Positions 31,842-42,542 of a stretch of 64,000 bases of DNA are shown here, piece by piece. Below the pieces are notes generated by a model. The model was not told the origin of the DNA, did not search any database, and saw nothing but the letters and a program-made list of their open reading frames with translations. Every line of letters begins with the position of its first letter. Position 1 is the stretch's first letter. The DNA comes from Candidatus Egerieisoma sp. GTDB lineage: Bacteria; Bacillota; Clostridia; UBA1212; UBA1255. Where the stretch lies: the NCBI GenBank assembly GCA_045125595.1, contig JBGVNN010000010.1:43879-107878 (forward strand), written 5' to 3'. The translations under genes and the position numbers were made by a program.

Positions 31842-33986
31842 TCAAACACCTAATTTTCTTAAAACAATATTTTCAAGATTTTGAGCAGTTTTCATAGGAA
31901 AGCTGTTCTCTTCAAGTGTTTTTCCGTAAAAATACGCTTCAAAAACTCTGCCTGCAAGAGCAAGTGAATTTGCACCTCTTGCACCATGTTCCACTACAAC
32001 AGAAACAGCTATTTCAGGATCGTTTACAGGAGCATAACAAATAAGAACAGAGTGCGAGCTTTGTCCGAAAGCCTCAAGACCCGTCTCAGGTGTTCCAGTT
32101 TTTGCTGCCACAAAGCCGGCAGGAAACGCAGAAAAAGCACTTTTCGCCTCTTCGCTACCCTTCGCCATCTCTATCATACCTTCTTTAACACTGTCAAGAA
32201 TGTATTGAGAAACTTCAAGCTTTGTGGAATTTTCGTTTTTATTTGAATTATCAAGAACTACTTTACCGCTTGATGTTTTAACACTGCCAATAAGATACGG
32301 TGTATTCAAATAACCACCATTACCGAGTGCAGAAGTATAACGAGCAAGCTGCAAAGGCGTAAAAAGCGTATACAACTGACCGATTGCCGTCTGTGCAGTA
32401 TCAGAATCAGTCCATTTGTGATATATGTCTGTTTCTTTAATTTTCATCGTTTCTTCGTTACTTCTATAACCGGCATATTCATTAATTTCTATGCCTGTTT
32501 TCTCGCCCAAGCCGAATTGTTTTGCCCAATAATCAATCGTTTCCACACCAGTCTCAACGCCGATTTGCTGAAAATAAACATTACAAGACTTAGCAATCGC
32601 AGTTTTCAGAGCAATATTACTGTGATAACCCATGCAAGCATGAGAGTGATTGTTAATCATAAGAAAACCGTTACATTTAATCTCACGATAAACATTTGTT
32701 TTTCCCGACTCCATTGCCGCAATGGCTGTCAAAGGTTTAAAAGTAGAACCAACAGGATATAAACCTTGCGTTGCTCTGTTCAAGCTCGGCGATGTAGGGT
32801 CAGTAAACAATCCGGAAATCGCCTGCTGCGCGTCTTTATCAGACGACGGTTTCAAAAATATACTGTTGTCATAATTGGGATAATTTGCCATAGCAATAGT
32901 CTCGCCCGATTTGATATTAAGTACAACTATCGAACCCGCCTCGGCATCACCGAAATTCTTGACATCATCCTTCATAGCCTTAATTTCAGCAATACCTTCT
33001 TCAAGAATCTGCACACATTTTTGCTGAAAAGCATAATCTATCGTCAGGTATACATCATTTCCCGGTATAGGCTCCTTATACGAATACTCGCGAAGCACAC
33101 CGTTGTCATCCAGATATACCTCTCTTATACCCTCAACACCTCTTAAGTATCCCTCAGCCACTTGTTCAATACCGATTTTACCTATAATAGAAGTGTTCGA
33201 ATAACCTTGATCCTTCATAAGAGCGTATTCTTCTTCACTGATAGCCCTTACATAGCCAAGTATGTGGCTTACTTCTTCGGCATCAATGTACTCACGAAAA
33301 TACGTTTCCTCCGTCGAAATGCCGGGGAATGCCAAATATCGAGCCTCTATTTCCTGCATCGTTTCGTCGCAACAATCAGAAGCAAGAACAGACGGCTTTA
33401 TATAACTGAGACCGTACATAAAAGTCTCATATCTTATAATCATTATCCTGTACGCTTCTTCGTCAGTATACTTCTCGTCAATTTTAAATCTTTCATTTCT
33501 GAGATAATCAAATATCTCCCTCGGCGTATTAAGCCTGTCTCTGTCAGATTTTCTTATAGCAATTTTATTAACCCAATTTTTGCGTTCCGCGCCTTTATCC
33601 TCTCCCGAAAGAGATGTGCCCCAATCAATAGGATACGCAAGATACTTAGAAAGCGTATTTGTATAAACATCACCGTTTTTAATAAACAAATTTATAAGCT
33701 CAAGATACATTTGATTGCGCTCTTCTTGAGGATTGTCAATATTAACCATTTGCACCTTGTACGACTGTCTCGTTGTTGCCAAAAGCAGTCCGTTACGGTC
33801 ATAAATGTTGCCTCTCGGTGCGTCTACGGAAACTTTGGTCGTACTTTCAATCACATGATGCGCTTGTTCTCTGTGTGTATCGCCCTCTACTATTTGAAGT
33901 TCGTAAAGTCTGCCTATTATTACAAACATAACAATAAACAAACCGACACCTACATAAAAACATCTGTTTTTCAAAAGCTTTTTCAC
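31842..33986 (-). CDS. mrdA: penicillin-binding protein 2 (elongasome transpeptidase)
   Basis: 714 aa, N-terminal TM, SxxK (GSTFKP), KTG (AAKTGTPE); directly downstream of mreBCD. Confidence 0.85.
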   Translation of the reverse strand: MKKLLKNRCFYVGVGLFIVMFVIIGRLYELQIVEGDTHREQAHHVIESTTKVSVDAPRGNIYDRNGLLLATTRQSYKVQMVNIDNPQEERNQMYLELINLFIKNGDVYTNTLSKYLAYPIDWGTSLSGEDKGAERKNWVNKIAIRKSDRDRLNTPREIFDYLRNERFKIDEKYTDEEAYRIMIIRYETFMYGLSYIKPSVLASDCCDETMQEIEARYLAFPGISTEETYFREYIDAEEVSHILGYVRAISEEEYALMKDQGYSNTSIIGKIGIEQVAEGYLRGVEGIREVYLDDNGVLREYSYKEPIPGNDVYLTIDYAFQQKCVQILEEGIAEIKAMKDDVKNFGDAEAGSIVVLNIKSGETIAMANYPNYDNSIFLKPSSDKDAQQAISGLFTDPTSPSLNRATQGLYPVGSTFKPLTAIAAMESGKTNVYREIKCNGFLMINNHSHACMGYHSNIALKTAIAKSCNVYFQQIGVETGVETIDYWAKQFGLGEKTGIEINEYAGYRSNEETMKIKETDIYHKWTDSDTAQTAIGQLYTLFTPLQLARYTSALGNGGYLNTPYLIGSVKTSSGKVVLDNSNKNENSTKLEVSQYILDSVKEGMIEMAKGSEEAKSAFSAFPAGFVAAKTGTPETGLEAFGQSSHSVLICYAPVNDPEIAVSVVVEHGARGANSLALAGRVFEAYFYGKTLEENSFPMKTAQNLENIVLRKLGV

Positions 33987-34520
33987 TTAAAAACCGCCCT
34001 TTTTCCAATCCAAAAACTTAATCACCGGCAAACACAGCACTGCTATACAAATAGAATTATACAGTAAAACAGGTAAAATACGTTGTACTACATGATACCA
34101 AAAACCGCTTGTGTATAAAACTTGCGCCCCTCCTGCATATACAGACATCAGACGCACTATAAAGCTCTCCACTATACCATATAACAAAAGAGGCAACGGA
34201 GAAACAGCAATCGGCCACCATATTTTTTCAGAATAACTGATTTGCTGTGTAGCAAAACATATAGCCAATGCTATATACATGTACAAAAGTCCGTATAAAC
34301 CTATATATCTACCGTAAACTATGTCAACAAACAATCCTGTTGACACGCCGTAAATCACAGCCTCCATATAACTCATTCTTGTTGCCGTGATACAAATAAA
34401 AACCAAAGTCAGATTAGGCTTGACACCCAATATACGAAGATCATTAAAAAACGCTTCTTGTACAAGTGCAAGTAATATAGCCGATAATACATAAAATATT
34501 ATATGCTTTTTGCTTTTCAC
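33987..34520 (-). CDS. mreD: rod shape-determining protein MreD
   Basis: 177 aa polytopic membrane protein following mreC. Confidence 0.7.
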   Translation of the reverse strand: MKSKKHIIFYVLSAILLALVQEAFFNDLRILGVKPNLTLVFICITATRMSYMEAVIYGVSTGLFVDIVYGRYIGLYGLLYMYIALAICFATQQISYSEKIWWPIAVSPLPLLLYGIVESFIVRLMSVYAGGAQVLYTSGFWYHVVQRILPVLLYNSICIAVLCLPVIKFLDWKKGGF

Positions 34521-34546
34521 GCCGTTCTCCTCTTTGATTTTTTATA

Positions 34547-35371
34547 TTATTGAGGCATCAAGATGTACACATGGCTCACTGCAGTAAAATCAACTGCGGG
34601 TTCAACATATGCTGTTCTTGTGCCCGTTTCTTTATTCTCTTGAATATCAATTACCGTACCTATAACAAGACCCTTTGGGTATACTCCGCCGCTTTCTGCC
34701 GTAATTAAGGTATCACCCTCATACAGAGTCGTTTGATCGGCAATTCTGTCAAGTTTCAACATATGCGTATAATTTTCGTTAGACATACCTTTAAGTCTAA
34801 CAAGAGCATTGTTTCTTGAAATCCTCGCCATAAGTACATTTTGGTCATCCACAACGCAGCGCACTTTCGATGATACAGGGCCTGCATTGTAAACGACACC
34901 GACAAGGCCTTTTGATGTTATAACAATGCAACCGTTAGTAATACCATCTGCAGTACCGCAGTCAACGGTAAATTCATTAAACCAATCGGTAACATCCTCC
35001 GCAATTACATTTGCCGCTACCATGTCATAATTTTCAAAATAGCCCTTGAGCTCCAAAAGTTCTCGAAGCTCTACATTCTCCTCTTTCAGCTTGTCATTCT
35101 CATTTTCAAGATTCTTTAATGTATCATTTTCTTCTTTAAGCTTCTCTATCTCATCTTTAATTTCAGAATAGTCACCTACAACCGAAAATGCACTTTTAAT
35201 ATTTTGTCCGAGAGAAGTAAGGCCTTTTTGCGCATACCTAAACGGAGTGCCTATTACTTTATACACAGAATGAAATCCACTGCTAGGATTACTCGAAACT
35301 GCAATAAACACCACCAATAAAACAGTTATTGTCGCCAATATAAAAATAACGCGTTTAGTTTTCTTTTGCAC
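34547..35371 (-). CDS. mreC: rod shape-determining protein MreC
   Basis: 274 aa, N-terminal TM, coiled-coil (LKNLENENDKLKEENVELRELL), beta-rich C-terminus. Confidence 0.8.
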   Translation of the reverse strand: MQKKTKRVIFILATITVLLVVFIAVSSNPSSGFHSVYKVIGTPFRYAQKGLTSLGQNIKSAFSVVGDYSEIKDEIEKLKEENDTLKNLENENDKLKEENVELRELLELKGYFENYDMVAANVIAEDVTDWFNEFTVDCGTADGITNGCIVITSKGLVGVVYNAGPVSSKVRCVVDDQNVLMARISRNNALVRLKGMSNENYTHMLKLDRIADQTTLYEGDTLITAESGGVYPKGLVIGTVIDIQENKETGTRTAYVEPAVDFTAVSHVYILMPQ

Positions 35372-35398
35372 GGTAAATCAATTCCTTAAAAATGTTTG

Positions 35399-36415
35399 TT
35401 AAAATCCCGTCGTTCTGTTTTGATACAACGTTCTGCGTAAATTGCCTTCTTCAAGGCATTTGCCTGTGCCCAAAGCAACACAATCAAGAGGATTCTCCGC
35501 AATACATACAGGCATCCCTGTCTCAATTTTTATTATCTTATCCAAACCACTGAGAAGAGCACCGCCACCTGTCAACATTATGCCTTTTTCCATTATATCT
35601 GCGGCAAGCTCCGGCGGAGTTTCTTCAAGTGCCTCTTTAATGGCATCAACAATTGCTGTTACAGGTTCACGAATAGCCTCAACTACTTCAGATGAAGAAA
35701 TTCTGACATTTTTAGGCAATCCTGTCAAAAGGTCACGACCTTTTATCTCCATATATTCTTCTTGCGGTTTCGGATGTGCGGCACCGATAGTAAGTTTAAT
35801 ATCTTCTGCCGTTCTTTCTCCGATAACCATATTGTGTTCTCTCTTGGTATATGTTGCTATATACTCATCAATCTTGTCGCCGGCTACTCTCAAAGACTTT
35901 GAGTTAACAATGCCGCCCATAGAAATAACGGCTACCTCGCTCGTTCCGCCGCCGATATCAACAACCATGCAACCGGTAGCATCCTCAATCGGAAGTCCCG
36001 CGCCAATCGCCGCAAGCAACGGTTCTTCAAAAAGAAGCGGTTTCTTCTTGGCACCCGCACGCTCCGCAGCTTCTTCAACAGCCATATATTCTACCTCCGT
36101 AACGCCGGAAGGTATACAAATAATTAAATTCGGTTTACCGAATCCTGCAGAAGCTGATGCTTTTTTTATGAAATATCTGAGCATTTGCTCTGTCATATCA
36201 AAATCTGCAATCACACCGTCTCTAAGCGGTCTTATTGCCACAACGCTGCCCGGTGTCCTGCCTATCATACGCTTTGCCGCGTCACCCACGGCAAGTACTT
36301 CGTTTGTATTTTTATTAATAGCCACAACAGAGGGCTCTCTTATGATAATGCCTTTGCCCTGTACGTGAACCAAAGTGTTGGCTGTACCTAAATCTATTCC
36401 TATCGCTCGTGCCAT
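35399..36415 (-). CDS. mreB: rod shape-determining protein MreB (start probably MARAIGIDLGT)
   Basis: Actin-like ATPase motifs GIDLGTANT, DIGGGTSE, AIGAGL. Confidence 0.9.
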   Translation of the reverse strand: MARAIGIDLGTANTLVHVQGKGIIIREPSVVAINKNTNEVLAVGDAAKRMIGRTPGSVVAIRPLRDGVIADFDMTEQMLRYFIKKASASAGFGKPNLIICIPSGVTEVEYMAVEEAAERAGAKKKPLLFEEPLLAAIGAGLPIEDATGCMVVDIGGGTSEVAVISMGGIVNSKSLRVAGDKIDEYIATYTKREHNMVIGERTAEDIKLTIGAAHPKPQEEYMEIKGRDLLTGLPKNVRISSSEVVEAIREPVTAIVDAIKEALEETPPELAADIMEKGIMLTGGGALLSGLDKIIKIETGMPVCIAENPLDCVALGTGKCLEEGNLRRTLYQNRTTGF

Positions 36416-36419
36416 AATA

Positions 36420-37124
36420 TCAATCCTCACTCAACGAACTTTTAATTATATTCATATCGCCTTTGCAATACATACTGTAACATTCCCCATTACCTACTAT
36501 AATATGGTCTGTAACATCAATTCCCATAACTCTGCCTGCGGCAACAATGCGCTTCGTTGTTTCCGTATCGGCGCGACTCGGCTTACAATCCCCTGACGGA
36601 TGATTATGTGCCAAAACAACAGCTGAAGCCATATTTTTGACTGCATGATAAAACACCTCTCTGGGATGCACCAGTGCTTGCTCCACCGTGCCTTCTGAAA
36701 TCCGCACAGTTTTTATATAATGCCACTTCTTATCAAAAAGCATAATAACAAAAATTTCTTGTCTTAATGCTTTCATATCAACCAGCAACATCATTTTAAG
36801 CTGCTCTAAATCTGTAATTTTCAGCGGAGTCTTTCTCTTACCAAAGGCAATTCTTTTCCCCAATTCGGCAGCGGCGAAAATCTCTATTGCTTTCACTCTG
36901 CCTATCCCTTTTTGCTCTTTTAAATCGTTCATCTCAGCCCGTCCCAAATCGACGAGGCTGCCGTACTTTAAAAGAAGTTCCTGTGCAATTACCAATGCAC
37001 TTTTTTCTTTAGTTCCCGACTTAATCAGTACGGAAAGAAGCTCTGCGTCGCTCAATGCCTGTGCGCCGTATTGCTCCAACCTTTCATAAGGTCTTATCCC
37101 TTCGGGAATTGTTTTCATTGTCAT
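36420..37124 (-). CDS. radC: RadC-like JAB-domain protein (UPF0758); start likely MTMKTIPEGIRPYERL, ORF-track N-terminal extension doubtful
   Basis: HhH N-terminal region and JAMM motif AHNHPSGD; classical radC-mreBCD arrangement. Confidence 0.8.
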   Translation of the reverse strand: MTMKTIPEGIRPYERLEQYGAQALSDAELLSVLIKSGTKEKSALVIAQELLLKYGSLVDLGRAEMNDLKEQKGIGRVKAIEIFAAAELGKRIAFGKRKTPLKITDLEQLKMMLLVDMKALRQEIFVIMLFDKKWHYIKTVRISEGTVEQALVHPREVFYHAVKNMASAVVLAHNHPSGDCKPSRADTETTKRIVAAGRVMGIDVTDHIIVGNGECYSMYCKGDMNIIKSSLSED

Positions 37125-37219
37125 ACACTTTCCTCCATAACCAAACGAAAATGCTGACAAAGCCACAGATACCGCAACCTTTAGTATACCTATATTTATT
37201 CCAAAAAACAAGAATTAAT

Positions 37220-38524
37220 TCAGCGAATTCCGCGAAGCAAAAATGCTTCGATTATATATTTTGTATTCATTCTTGTTTCTTTATAAAAAAGCGGTGTTAT
37301 AAGTGAAGTGAATATTTGTGTTATAAGTGTAGCAAGTGCTGCACCATTTATTCCCATAACAGGTATCAATAAATAATTCAATGCAAAATTAAGAATAACA
37401 CCCCATAAAACGAGTCTGCCGGTATACTTGTTTTTATTTTCACACACTATCCACACACCTCTGGCAGTGCCGAGTGTGGAGAAAGTAGTGTACCATATGA
37501 CTACAGCAAGTGCCACCGACGCGCTTAAATATACGGTATCGTAAAGAATATCCAAAATAAGCTTTGATGATACGGAAATCACTGTTGACACCGCGATGCC
37601 TACCCAAATAAGAATGGCATAAAGCTGTTTTAATCTTTTAATATATAATTCTTCATTACCTTCTTTTTTTATCTCCATAATTGTCGGTCTTACGGCATTA
37701 ATAATTGCAACAGGTATCAACAGCCAATAATTGCTTATTACCGTCGCCGCAGAATATAAACCGACATCAGCCTCCGTCATCATTTGACCCAACATTATCT
37801 TGTCCATCTGTACATATATGGTTATTATAAGTCCCGATATCATAAAATGATATCCTTGTGATACAAGTCTCTTTGCCATATTCCACGAAAAGCGCAATCG
37901 CCTGCCGCCTTTTGCGAAGTACGCTATCACTATCATTACAGCAATGAGTAAAAAGTCCAACGAGGTAGAAAACGCAAACCAAGCGACCGACTTTCCGGCA
38001 AATAAAATGTAAAACTTATACGCAGCAACAAATACATATGACACAGATTTTAATATAGCGACATATTTTGATTGCAGTTTGGATTGAAACCAATAATCTA
38101 TAAGTTCAAAGGCTTTAAAAATCATCACAAGAGATTGCAAAAAGCCGACCTTGAGTACAAGAGGATTTCCGTCTTTAAGTACAAATAAAAGTACGAATAT
38201 AATGCCTGTCGACAGCGTACCCGCCATCAATCTGAGACCTATTCCCGTACCTACAACAGTGCTGTCATCGTCACGGTTGTTTACCATTTCTTTTATAGAA
38301 ACTGCCTCAAGACCAAGAGTAACAACATTAGAAAAAAATATAACAAACGCCGCGGTATAATTAATAACGCCGTAATTTGACGGGCCGAGATAGCGCGCGG
38401 TAAGCACTCCGAGAATTACATTAATTCCCATCTGAACAAGTTGCTCTGCTACCATCCATTTGGCATTTTTTATCGTTTTATTTCTTAAAAGTTCTTTTAT
38501 CTTACTCATTATTTTCGTCTTCAA
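37220..38524 (-). CDS. polysaccharide biosynthesis protein, Wzx-type flippase (MOP/PST family)
   Basis: 434 aa, about 12 predicted TM segments, typical N-terminus ...NAKWMVAEQLVQMGINVILGVLTARYLGPSNYG. Confidence 0.75.
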   Translation of the reverse strand: MKTKIMSKIKELLRNKTIKNAKWMVAEQLVQMGINVILGVLTARYLGPSNYGVINYTAAFVIFFSNVVTLGLEAVSIKEMVNNRDDDSTVVGTGIGLRLMAGTLSTGIIFVLLFVLKDGNPLVLKVGFLQSLVMIFKAFELIDYWFQSKLQSKYVAILKSVSYVFVAAYKFYILFAGKSVAWFAFSTSLDFLLIAVMIVIAYFAKGGRRLRFSWNMAKRLVSQGYHFMISGLIITIYVQMDKIMLGQMMTEADVGLYSAATVISNYWLLIPVAIINAVRPTIMEIKKEGNEELYIKRLKQLYAILIWVGIAVSTVISVSSKLILDILYDTVYLSASVALAVVIWYTTFSTLGTARGVWIVCENKNKYTGRLVLWGVILNFALNYLLIPVMGINGAALATLITQIFTSLITPLFYKETRMNTKYIIEAFLLRGIR

Positions 38525-39929
38525 ACTTCGCTAATTTATACATATAGCCACAATATATCCAGAATATTACACTAAAAGTGCTTACTTGGAAAAGAATCCT
38601 TGCTTCTACAAACTCTGTGACAAAAAACATTATACACAGTAAAGTTGCTCCCAAAAACCAATAATTTATTTTATTATACTTTTTAACGATAACCTTAAAT
38701 GATTTCAGCAATATGATAACAGCAAAAGCACCTATTATCAAAAAGCCCACAACTCCCGATGACACCAAGAGACATACATAAATATTATGCGTGCCACCTT
38801 GTCTGAAGTGGTTTTTCCACTTATCGTCATCTAAATTATCAATAGATCTTTCAATTACATTTTCTTTGCCTATACCAAAAACAGGAGATTTTGCAAACTC
38901 CTTTAAACAGGCACCCCAAATTTCCGTACGACCGTTAAAAAAGCCAACATCCAAGTTTTCAACTTCTTCTATTCTGTCAAGCTCGGTTTTTTCAAACACA
39001 GGAGGTTCTTGATTCTCAGAAGAACCTGTAATAGTCGAGATATTATATAAAACATTACTTGTAATGCCGGGTAAATACGAAAGCCCTGCTTTTAAAATAT
39101 TACCGCCGAATACGAAAATACACACTACAGCCACTACACTCACAAGTGATTTACTGATTGACAAAAAACTTACTGTTTTCATTTTTTGCAGAGCTGCAAA
39201 GACCACTAAAAGCGCAAGTATTATTAAAACTGCATAATAAGCCGCTCTTGAACCTGTAAGTAAAAGCACCATGTATTGCAATACCACATTGATAATGTTT
39301 AGCACTCTTGTTTTTCTGCTGTTCGTATCGACAATGAAAATACTTGATATAATAATAGATATACAATTTAAAGTAGAGCCGGTATTAGGGTTATAGAGCC
39401 CCCAAAGACGGTTTTCGAACATTCCGAAAAATACGGCAACTCCCTCGTTATTTAAATAACTGCCCGAAAAAGAGAACATGTACATTATAAAAGAAGCAAA
39501 GCTCATTAAGAATGTACATACAATAACAACCGTAGAAATAAGCTTAATTTCTTTCAATATGTCTTCTTTGGTATTATCCTCAGTAAACATAAAAAACAGT
39601 GCGAAGAAAACTGCGGAATACGCCAAATTTTTAATATCTCCCGTAAAATTACCGCTCAAGTTTATTAAAACAGTCACCGCGTATGATACGCAAAAGCCTA
39701 TGAGTAGCCATCCGGTTTTATCGCGAAGTGCTGTTTTAAATTTGCCTGTCACCAATTCATAGCCTACTATTAAGAAACCATACAGCAAAATTATCTTGAT
39801 ATAGCCGCCTATTAATGTATGAAGATACGGGACTGCTGTAAGCATGACCGCAATTATCATAAGAATCTTAAACAAACGCCTGTCAAAAATGAATTTGTCT
39901 GCTATATTTTTAATGTCATTTTTCTTCAT
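38502..39929 (-). CDS. O-antigen ligase/polymerase-like (Wzy_C domain) membrane protein
   Basis: 475 aa polytopic; LTGSRAAYYAV motif typical of O-antigen ligase family. Confidence 0.7.
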   Translation of the reverse strand: MKKNDIKNIADKFIFDRRLFKILMIIAVMLTAVPYLHTLIGGYIKIILLYGFLIVGYELVTGKFKTALRDKTGWLLIGFCVSYAVTVLINLSGNFTGDIKNLAYSAVFFALFFMFTEDNTKEDILKEIKLISTVVIVCTFLMSFASFIMYMFSFSGSYLNNEGVAVFFGMFENRLWGLYNPNTGSTLNCISIIISSIFIVDTNSRKTRVLNIINVVLQYMVLLLTGSRAAYYAVLIILALLVVFAALQKMKTVSFLSISKSLVSVVAVVCIFVFGGNILKAGLSYLPGITSNVLYNISTITGSSENQEPPVFEKTELDRIEEVENLDVGFFNGRTEIWGACLKEFAKSPVFGIGKENVIERSIDNLDDDKWKNHFRQGGTHNIYVCLLVSSGVVGFLIIGAFAVIILLKSFKVIVKKYNKINYWFLGATLLCIMFFVTEFVEARILFQVSTFSVIFWIYCGYMYKLAKFEDENNE

Positions 39930-40993
39930 TTGTTATTACCTCTTTTGAAAAAATAAAATAATTTTTTCATTCTCAACTTCACAAAAAGCTTCGTTTTTAC
40001 TGTAAAGTCCAAAATTCTGTACTGTTTTTTGTTCAAACGCTTTACAATAAAATCTCTGTACCTGCCCAAGTTGACATTTGCATCTTTGAGTATTTCCTTA
40101 AAAAACGCATCTTCGGAAACACTTTCATAGTACCCTCTTCTGGCTGTTTTGTCCATATTCCACAATGGAGAAAATGTATTTTCTATACATGAACCCAACT
40201 CATTGAGAAAGAACACTGTAATTTTATCATTTACATTGTTTCTTTGTATAGACCACTCTTTTCTTTTTTCAATAAAGCTTTGTGAAAATTGTTTTATCAA
40301 ATCATAATAATTATTTGGCAACTTTCTGAACATATCCGTCTGTGCATTCAGCCTATAGTGATATAAGACATTATCGATAGTACAGCAAGATGCGGCGTAA
40401 CCGAAAAACTCAACATTAAACACGCCGTCCTGCAATCTCCTCATATCAGGAAAACGAATATTATTCTTATGAATTATATCAGCTTTATATAATTTATTCC
40501 ACAAATATCCCACTATACCTTCAGGGAAATATTCCGCAAAAAGCGCTTTTACTTCATTATCGAGATATAGCTTTTTCTCAGGAGAAAAAACATTATTTTC
40601 TCCGTTTTCAACATCTTCAACGTACGTTTCATATCCGCAAATTGCAACATCGCAATTATTATCAAGAGCAGCGGTTAAGAGTTTATCCACCATATTAGGC
40701 TCAATTCTGTCATCACAGTCAAGAAACATTATATACTCACCGCACGATGCATCAATACCATCATTACGAGCCGGACCGGCTCCTTCGCTTTTTGGTTTAT
40801 TGATAATTTTCACTCTGCTGTCTTGGCTTGCAATTTCTTTGCAAATCTCATATGAGCAGTCTGTAGAGCCGTCATTTACAAGTATCAGCTCTATATTTTT
40901 GTATGTTTGAGTCAAAATATCTCCCATTGATGTTTTGAGATATTTCTCGCAATTATAAACCGGTACTATAACTGATACTTTTATGTCATTCAT
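39926..40993 (-). CDS. family 2 glycosyltransferase
   Basis: VSVIVPVYNCEKYL...NDGSTDCS...LDCDD. Confidence 0.8.
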   Translation of the reverse strand: MNDIKVSVIVPVYNCEKYLKTSMGDILTQTYKNIELILVNDGSTDCSYEICKEIASQDSRVKIINKPKSEGAGPARNDGIDASCGEYIMFLDCDDRIEPNMVDKLLTAALDNNCDVAICGYETYVEDVENGENNVFSPEKKLYLDNEVKALFAEYFPEGIVGYLWNKLYKADIIHKNNIRFPDMRRLQDGVFNVEFFGYAASCCTIDNVLYHYRLNAQTDMFRKLPNNYYDLIKQFSQSFIEKRKEWSIQRNNVNDKITVFFLNELGSCIENTFSPLWNMDKTARRGYYESVSEDAFFKEILKDANVNLGRYRDFIVKRLNKKQYRILDFTVKTKLFVKLRMKKLFYFFKRGNNK

Positions 40994-42009
40994 TTTCCTT
41001 TACCTTTTAACTTTTGAAGTTTATCGTAATCCACACCGAAGAAGTGCAAAATTCTAGTCAAAATATATCTTTTTTTAGTTTTTGATGCGTACGACGGCAT
41101 AGTCTCTTTTAAGAACTTTCTGAAATCTTTCGCTTGTACAAGTCCTTCTTTGCGATTTTTATTATATATAAGCGAAATTGTCATATGAGTATTAATTAGA
41201 AGGCATACTCTCACATCAAGATATTCTTTCATTATGCCTGTTGCCTGACTTAAAGAAGCATATCTAACAAGTTCTCTCGTCACCTTTGAATGATGAGAAA
41301 ACCGTTTAACATAGTTTTGATTGTTTACACTTTGATTGACATTACCGACAAGATATTGATATATTTCCAAGTCTGCAAACTGAACCGTTTTAGCCTCCAT
41401 CGTAGCTTTTATGATGTACTCTATATCAACATAAAAAATATGTTCTTGCAATCTTATATTGTGCTTTTTTAAAAGTTCTGTCTTATATGACAATGTATGA
41501 AGCGTTATATATGTTGACATTTCATATTTTGCACAAATATCCTCAAACGGCATCACACAATCAAAGCGTATCTGCGTCGGCAACGGAAAATATTCCGTAT
41601 CTCCGGTAACCATGTGCACTTCGCGTTTTTGGTCAACAAACATATCTGCGTCAGTTTCGGCGAGTTTCTCCAAGAGCAACACCATATTCTCTGTGTGCAC
41701 CCAGTCGTCGCCGTCTACTATACGGAAATATTTGCCTGTCGCATTTTTTATGCCTGCATTTACAGCGGAGCCATGTCCTCCGTTTTCTTTATTAATCAAC
41801 TTAAATATCGAAGGAAATTGTTTAACATATCCTTCGGCAATTTCTTGTGTACGGTCTTTAGAACCATCGTTTACAACGATAACTTCTAACTTATTGTTGA
41901 AGCGTTCATCAGAAAACGATGTCAGACATTTATCTAAATATTGCTCTACATTATAACAAGGAACTGCTATTGATAATAACGCACCCAAAAATAACACCTC
42001 TAATCGCAA
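40990..42009 (-). CDS. family 2 glycosyltransferase
   Basis: LSIAVPCYNVEQYL...NDGSKDRT...VDGDD. Confidence 0.8.
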   Translation of the reverse strand: MRLEVLFLGALLSIAVPCYNVEQYLDKCLTSFSDERFNNKLEVIVVNDGSKDRTQEIAEGYVKQFPSIFKLINKENGGHGSAVNAGIKNATGKYFRIVDGDDWVHTENMVLLLEKLAETDADMFVDQKREVHMVTGDTEYFPLPTQIRFDCVMPFEDICAKYEMSTYITLHTLSYKTELLKKHNIRLQEHIFYVDIEYIIKATMEAKTVQFADLEIYQYLVGNVNQSVNNQNYVKRFSHHSKVTRELVRYASLSQATGIMKEYLDVRVCLLINTHMTISLIYNKNRKEGLVQAKDFRKFLKETMPSYASKTKKRYILTRILHFFGVDYDKLQKLKGKGK

Positions 42010-42020
42010 AAATACTGTGC

Positions 42021-42359
42021 TTAAATTTCAAACTCTGCTTCGTCCTGGCCATGAATAAAGTCTTTATAAATCTCGCCTACTTTTCTGTTCATGGCAGCTA
42101 TATTTTCATGTGCGCAAAATTCTTTATATTTACATTTATCGCAACTTTTATAATCACACTTTAACAGGAACTCATCAAAAGGAGTTTTACCGTTATCTAA
42201 GCAATTATATAATTTTTCAGACGCGCTTTGCTTGTTGAATTTGTAAATTATTGATTTGATTTTTGCATCTTCTAGGCCGATATTTTTTAAAATACTGCGT
42301 ATTATCTCAACCGTCTTTATCGGATCATTATCTTTGAACTTTTCATCAATGTATTGCAT
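42021..42359 (-). CDS. hypothetical protein with C-terminal Cys cluster (CDYKSCDKCKYKEFC); start at MQYIDEKF with AGGAGA RBS
   Basis: RBS aggaga 8 nt upstream of the internal ATG; first gene of the glycosyltransferase operon. Confidence 0.5.
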   Translation of the reverse strand: MQYIDEKFKDNDPIKTVEIIRSILKNIGLEDAKIKSIIYKFNKQSASEKLYNCLDNGKTPFDEFLLKCDYKSCDKCKYKEFCAHENIAAMNRKVGEIYKDFIHGQDEAEFEI

Positions 42360-42542
42360 CCCTAAATCTCCTATAAAAAGCAAACTCCATAATTTATGTA
42401 CCACTATGGAGTCTAACATAAACACTATGTTTTTTCAACTCATTTCAACTTTTCAAATATTTTATTATTCTGTTGTAATGTTTTTGCCTTTTGCAAGGTT
42501 ATATAAGTATAAAGACAACAAAATCCAAAGGAGTCATGCTTT

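Noticed and set aside
33162-34067. 301-aa plus-strand ORF antisense to PBP2/mreD
   Set aside because: It is embedded in well-supported minus-strand genes; an antisense ORF in AT-rich DNA of this kind is not credible coding.
35442-36368. 308-aa plus-strand ORF antisense to mreB
   Set aside because: It is embedded in the well-supported minus-strand mreB gene, with a low-complexity Ser/Pro/Ala-rich product and no independent support.
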